A program made the position numbers and the translations under genes. From Kiritimatiellia bacterium (GTDB lineage Bacteria > Verrucomicrobiota > Kiritimatiellia > RFP12 > UBA1067), in the NCBI GenBank assembly GCA_050949565.1, contig JBMNFY010000017.1:832001-896000 (forward strand): a DNA stretch of 64,000 nt. The letters run 5' to 3'. The notes under the pieces are model-generated. The model ran no database searches. It saw nothing but the letters and a program-made list of their open reading frames with translations, and was not told the DNA's origin. Shown here in pieces: positions 59,291-64,000 of the stretch (position 1 is the stretch's first letter; every line of letters starts with the position of its first letter).

Positions 59291-62019
59291 GTTTCCAACC
59301 AAGTGTCGCCGACGCCGATGCTGACATCGAGCGGTACGCCGATGTCGAGCACGGTGGTCATAGCCTGCTTGACCAAATCGCGCACGGTATCGACCTCCGC
59401 TCTAGGTACATCGAAGAGCAGTTCGTCATGAATCTGCAACACCATGCGCGTGGCCAGGCGGCGTTCGCTCAACTCGCGGTGAACGCGCACCATCGCCAGC
59501 TTGATCAGATCCGCCGCCGTCCCCTGCACCGGTGTATTGATGGCGTTGCGTTCGGCTGACTGGCGCGAGGTGGCGTTGCGCGAGTTGATGTCGCGCAGGA
59601 AGCGGCGACGCCCCAGCAGAGTTTGCGTGTAACCCTTTTCGCGGGCGTCGGCAATGGCGCGCTCCATGTAGGTCTTGACGCCGGGATACTGTTCGAAGTA
59701 GGTGTCGATCAGATCCGCCGCCTGCTTGCGCGGTACGTTCAGGCGCTGGCTCAAGCCGAAGGCGGAGATGCCGTAGATGATGCCGAAGTTTACCATCTTG
59801 CAGGTCGAGCGCATCTCGGGCGTGACGAACCCCGGCAGAACGCCGTACACGCGCGTCGCGGTCTCGGTGTGGATGTCCGCTCCACGCTGGAAGGCTTCGA
59901 TCATCCCTTCATCGCGGCTGAGCGCCGCCATCACCCGTAACTCAATCTGCGAGTAGTCGGCCGAGAGCAGCACATGCCCCTCGTCACGCGCCACGAAGGC
60001 GTTGCGGATGCGCTGGCCGCGCTCGGTCCGGACCGGGATGTTCTGCAGGTTCGGATCGGATGATGAGAGCCGACCGGTTTCCGTCAGAGCCTGCGAAAAG
60101 GAGGTATGCACGCGGCCAGTGGCGGGATCAATGCAGGCCGGCAGCTTGTCCACGTAGGTGGATTTGAGTTTGCTGCACGCGCGGTATTCGAGAATCTGCG
60201 GGATGATCGGGTGCCGGTCTTGCAGTTTGACCAGCACGTCTTCGCTGGTGGCGTATTGGCCGGAGGGCGTGCGCGCCGCATTGGGGTCGAGCTTCAGGTG
60301 ATCGAAGAGTACCTCGCCCAACTGCTTGGGCGAAGCGGGATTGAAGTTGCCGCCGCCCAAGTCGCGGATGCTGATTTCGAACTGGAGCAGTTCGCGATCC
60401 AACTCGCGGCCGTAGTCTTGCAGTTCCTCGGCGTTGATGCGCACGCCCTCGTTCTCCATATCCACCAGCACGGGGATCAACGGCTCCTCGCACTCGGTCA
60501 GCGCGCGCATGCAGCCGGCTTCCTGCGCTTCGCGGCGCAACAGCCGATCAAGCTGCAACGTGACGTCCGCATCTTCGGCGGCGTAGTCGCAGATTTCCTC
60601 GGGCTGCAGTTCGCCCATGTTGCCCTGCTCGACGCCCTTCTTCTTCTCGCCGATCAGCGTCGTGATGGGGATGGTCGTGTAGTGCAGATATTGGCGCGCC
60701 AGATAGTCCATACCGTGGCGTTCGGAGGCGTCCAGCACGTAGTGGGCGAGCATGCTGTCATGCAGTTCGCCACGCGGCGCGATGCCGTACCGGCGCAAGA
60801 TCGTGAGATCGAACTTAGCGTTGTGGCCGATCTTGACGGTGGCGGGATCACTGAAGAGCGGCGCGAAGCGCGCCAGCAATTTACGGCACGCCTCGTCATC
60901 TTCGGGCACCGGCACATACCACGCCCGCCCCGGCGCGGTGGCGAAGGAGAGGCCGACCAGCCGGTCATGGCGCGGGTCGAGTCCGGTGGTTTCGGTGTCG
61001 AACGCCCAGGCCGACGCCTCACCCAGCGCGCGCAGCAACGCGTCGATCTGCGCCTCGGTCTGTGCGCAGATGTAGGTGTGCGGCACATCGGCCAGCGTCT
61101 TGAAGGCATCCTCAGCGGTTGGTGCGCCACCCTCGAAGGCATCGCCCAGCAGGCGCTTGCCGAATGCGAACAGCTCGTATTTCGTGAGCACGGCACGTAG
61201 TTGCTCCATATCCGGCTCGCGGCGGACCAGGTCGTCCAGTTCAACCGGCACTGGCACATCGGTGCGGATCTCAGCGAGCATACGGCTCTGGCGGGCGCTC
61301 TCTGCCCCATCCGCGACTCGTTCGGACAATTTGCCTTTGAGTTCTGCGGCGTTTGCGAGAATGGTCTCCATGTCACCATACTGCGCGAGCAGGGCGGTGG
61401 CGGTCTTATCGCCCACGCCCGGAATGCCCGGAATATTGTCCGAGGAGTCGCCGGCCAGACCGAGGTAATCGATCATCTGGGCAGGCGAGGAGAGATTCCA
61501 GTGGCGGCAGACCGCCTCGACATCGTAAATCTCAGCCGGCGCGGAGGCCTTGCCGGGACGGAAGAGATAGGTGGCGGGACCGACAAGCTGCGCCACGTCC
61601 TTGTCGGGCGTTGCCAAGTAAGTGGTCCAGCCGGGTTGCTCGGCGGCGCGGGCGGCCAGCGTACCCATGACGTCATCCGCCTCGAAGCCGTTCACGCGCA
61701 GGATCGGCAAGCGTAACGCCTCGGCCAGTTCGATTGCCATGGGGATCGACGCCGCGAGGTCTTCGGGCATCTTCTGGCGTTGCGCCTTGTAGAGCGGGTA
61801 GCGCTCATGACGGAAGGTCGGGGTCTCCGAATCCAGCACCAGAGCGACATGCGTAGGCTCCTGCTCGTTCAGGATCTGCAACAACGTGTTGGCAAAACCG
61901 GTCAGTGCCGAAGTGTTGATACCGGTACTGGTCATGCGCGGCGTCTTGAGGAACACAAAATGCCCGCGGTAGAGCAACGGCATGACGTCGATCAGAAAAA
62001 GTTTTTTGGGTTCGCTCAC
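59281..62019 (-). CDS. polA: DNA polymerase I
   Basis: 5'-3' exonuclease 'FEADD', 'GDSSDNIPG'; 3'-5' exonuclease 'FDTETTG'; polymerase 'SADYSQIELR', 'LQIHDEL'. Confidence 0.99.
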   Translation of the reverse strand: MSEPKKLFLIDVMPLLYRGHFVFLKTPRMTSTGINTSALTGFANTLLQILNEQEPTHVALVLDSETPTFRHERYPLYKAQRQKMPEDLAASIPMAIELAEALRLPILRVNGFEADDVMGTLAARAAEQPGWTTYLATPDKDVAQLVGPATYLFRPGKASAPAEIYDVEAVCRHWNLSSPAQMIDYLGLAGDSSDNIPGIPGVGDKTATALLAQYGDMETILANAAELKGKLSERVADGAESARQSRMLAEIRTDVPVPVELDDLVRREPDMEQLRAVLTKYELFAFGKRLLGDAFEGGAPTAEDAFKTLADVPHTYICAQTEAQIDALLRALGEASAWAFDTETTGLDPRHDRLVGLSFATAPGRAWYVPVPEDDEACRKLLARFAPLFSDPATVKIGHNAKFDLTILRRYGIAPRGELHDSMLAHYVLDASERHGMDYLARQYLHYTTIPITTLIGEKKKGVEQGNMGELQPEEICDYAAEDADVTLQLDRLLRREAQEAGCMRALTECEEPLIPVLVDMENEGVRINAEELQDYGRELDRELLQFEISIRDLGGGNFNPASPKQLGEVLFDHLKLDPNAARTPSGQYATSEDVLVKLQDRHPIIPQILEYRACSKLKSTYVDKLPACIDPATGRVHTSFSQALTETGRLSSSDPNLQNIPVRTERGQRIRNAFVARDEGHVLLSADYSQIELRVMAALSRDEGMIEAFQRGADIHTETATRVYGVLPGFVTPEMRSTCKMVNFGIIYGISAFGLSQRLNVPRKQAADLIDTYFEQYPGVKTYMERAIADAREKGYTQTLLGRRRFLRDINSRNATSRQSAERNAINTPVQGTAADLIKLAMVRVHRELSERRLATRMVLQIHDELLFDVPRAEVDTVRDLVKQAMTTVLDIGVPLDVSIGVGDTWLETNN

Positions 62020-62248
62020 GGCAGTGTCTCCGAACGCACGACGGCAGACGCGCCCCCGTGTGTTTGCGGTTCAGTATAGCGACGCAGGCCAACGGATGTC
62101 GAGGACATTGGGTTTCGGGTTTCGGCGCCGTTTTTCATTTGCCCATCCGTCACTCTTTCACTATCATACCGGCCATTCACTACCCGTTTTCGATTGCCGG
62201 AACCATGCGCGGATGTATGAGCCGGCCGAACACCAAAAGGAGTATACC

Positions 62249-62419
62249 ATGGCTTATCAGATTACGGACGCATGCGTGGCTTGCGGTCTGTGCAAAGACG
62301 CCTGCCCGGTTGAGGCGATCAGCGAGGGTTCGCCCACCTACACAATCGATCCCGATGCGTGCATCGATTGCGGTTCATGCGCTGGCGAGTGCCCGAATGA
62401 GGCGATCATTGCAGGCTAA
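62249..62419 (+). CDS. 2x[4Fe-4S] ferredoxin (clostridial type)
   Basis: MAYQITDACVACGLCKDACP...CIDCGSCAGECP; AAGGAG RBS. Confidence 0.95.
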   Translation: MAYQITDACVACGLCKDACPVEAISEGSPTYTIDPDACIDCGSCAGECPNEAIIAG

Positions 62420-62445
62420 TCGGCCAACCGGCCGCTAACGCCAAT

Positions 62446-62476
62446 GCGGCAGGAGTGATCCTGCCGCCTTTTTTTT
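62446..62476 (+). terminator. Rho-independent terminator after ferredoxin
   Basis: GCGGCAGGA-GTGA-TCCTGCCGC followed by a T8 run. Confidence 0.85.
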
Positions 62477-62488
62477 GTAATTCTCCTT

Positions 62489-64000
62489 ATGCGAATCGCC
62501 ATCGTTTCAGACCTGCATGCCAACCTGACGGCCTGGCGCATTGTGCTGGCCGACTTGGCAGACATGAAGGCCGAGCAGATCATTTGCTTGGGCGACGTCA
62601 TGGGGTATGGACCGCATCCGGTTGAACTGCTAGAGTCGGTCTACAGCGTGGTGAACGTCACGCTGATGGGTAATCATGATGCGGCTGTATGCGGTCGGCT
62701 GTCGACCGCCACCTTTTCTCCACGCGCCAAAACAGCCGTGGCCCGCCACCGTGAATTGCTGACACCCACCGCGCTTGAGTGGCTGGCGCAGCTTCCGTTG
62801 ACTTACGAAGGTTCCGATTTCCGCTGCACGCACGGCGAGTTCGCTAAGCCGGCGGAGTTTCGGTACGTCGTCGCGCCCGAGGACGCCCTACCCTCTTGGC
62901 GCGCCACCTCTGAGCAGTTGCTTTTTGTGGGCCATTCGCACCGGCCCGGCATCTACGTCATCGGTGAAAGCGGTGTGCCGCATTTTGTCGAGCCGTTCGA
63001 TTTCGAACTGGAGGAGGGCAAGCGTTACCTCATCAATCCGGGCAGTGTCGGTTATCCACGCGTAGGCGACCGCCGTTCTTCCTACTGTATTTACGACGAT
63101 GAGTCGCGCGCGATCTTCTTCCGCCAACTGCCCTTCGATACCGCCTCCTACCGGGCGGCCATGCACGGCATCGGGATGGACGATGACCCTTGGATGCAGC
63201 AAAAGGCCGAGCAACAGCATGTGCCGGTATTGCGCGATACACCGAAGTTTGGAAAAGACCAGCCCCAACCCGCCACCCCGCACGACACACAGACAACCGA
63301 TGTGCGCCCGGCTGTCGTGGTGCGGGCCATTCTGCCTTTCCTGAGCCGACATACACGCCTGCTTGCGGCAGGTACACTTATCGCGGGCACGGCTCTCATC
63401 GCGGGACTGATTGCCTTCAGCATCGGCCGCACCAGCAGCCAGCCACAGCTCGCCATTTCGGTGCCGGCGTACGATCCGCCTCCCCTAGCAGCCTATCCGC
63501 TTGTGCCGCGTGACAAGAACCTGCTGCCTCTCCTGCCGCCCGCCCTTGACGACAACGGCCGCCTGCAAGGCTGGCGCTACGCATTTGAGGACCGTAGCAA
63601 GCAGACCTTCCGCACGGGCTTGCGCGACGGCAAAACGACGCTGCTCATCATCAACTCCTCAGCCTGCAAGGTGCGGGTGGAGTCGCCGCTGATCAATCTG
63701 GCCGGTACCGACCTGCATGCGGTCCGGATGCGTGGGCGCATCAGGAAGCCCGAGCCATTTTCCGGCACGGTCTTTTATCAAGTGGTGCTGTACACCACCG
63801 CACCGGACGGCTCGCAACACCAAGTGAATATGGAGCCCTTCGAGATGCGCAGTACCAAGCGCAAACTGTCGCCGCCCGGCGCAGAACGCAATGTTTCCAT
63901 CAAACTTAGCAAACGAATCACACATCTACGCTTCCGCATCGAAGCCAATTTCACAGGCACGCTGGAGATCGAACAACCGTTCCTGACTGCCGATAGCAAG
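62489..64000 (+). CDS. Metallophosphoesterase with TM helix and C-terminal extracytoplasmic domain, 3'-truncated (absent from ORF track)
   Basis: Manual translation MRIAIVSDLHAN...CLGDVMGYG...GNHD...HG...VGHSH...INPGSVG; hydrophobic LLAAGTLIAGTALIAGLIAF in frame at ~63360. Confidence 0.85.
   Translation, partial: MRIAIVSDLHANLTAWRIVLADLADMKAEQIICLGDVMGYGPHPVELLESVYSVVNVTLMGNHDAAVCGRLSTATFSPRAKTAVARHRELLTPTALEWLAQLPLTYEGSDFRCTHGEFAKPAEFRYVVAPEDALPSWRATSEQLLFVGHSHRPGIYVIGESGVPHFVEPFDFELEEGKRYLINPGSVGYPRVGDRRSSYCIYDDESRAIFFRQLPFDTASYRAAMHGIGMDDDPWMQQKAEQQHVPVLRDTPKFGKDQPQPATPHDTQTTDVRPAVVVRAILPFLSRHTRLLAAGTLIAGTALIAGLIAFSIGRTSSQPQLAISVPAYDPPPLAAYPLVPRDKNLLPLLPPALDDNGRLQGWRYAFEDRSKQTFRTGLRDGKTTLLIINSSACKVRVESPLINLAGTDLHAVRMRGRIRKPEPFSGTVFYQVVLYTTAPDGSQHQVNMEPFEMRSTKRKLSPPGAERNVSIKLSKRITHLRFRIEANFTGTLEIEQPFLTADSK

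Overview
GC-rich bacterial chromosomal segment. Gene style (many Tat-exported Gfo/Idh/MocA and glycosidase-like proteins, autotransporter-repeat and choice-of-anchor surface proteins, ribosomal gene order) suggests a PVC-superphylum organism such as Kiritimatiellia/Lentisphaeria; this is inference. Core genes: tRNA-Gly/tRNA-Lys, adk-map-rpmJ-rpsM-rpsK-rpsD-rpoA-rplQ-rnhB, polA and a ferredoxin. Accessory content: (1) carbohydrate-active enzymes; (2) an IS4-family element that removed the 5' end of an autotransporter-repeat gene; (3) a ~10.3 kb giant surface-protein gene broken by three point lesions; (4) a TonB receptor/ECF/methyltransferase operon behind a NikR-like operator; (5) an AT-richer cluster of small cassette-like genes; (6) an operon for a Tat oxidoreductase, a heptaheme cytochrome c fused to a membrane cytochrome-b-like domain, ApbE and a discoidin-domain protein. 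Most long intergenic regions are patchworks of shared GGAG/GTGG-footed hairpins and 7-9 bp microrepeats. One palindromic element sits in frame inside a signal peptide. No CRISPR array, cas gene or integrase was found. All calls come from motif reading only; no database searches were run.
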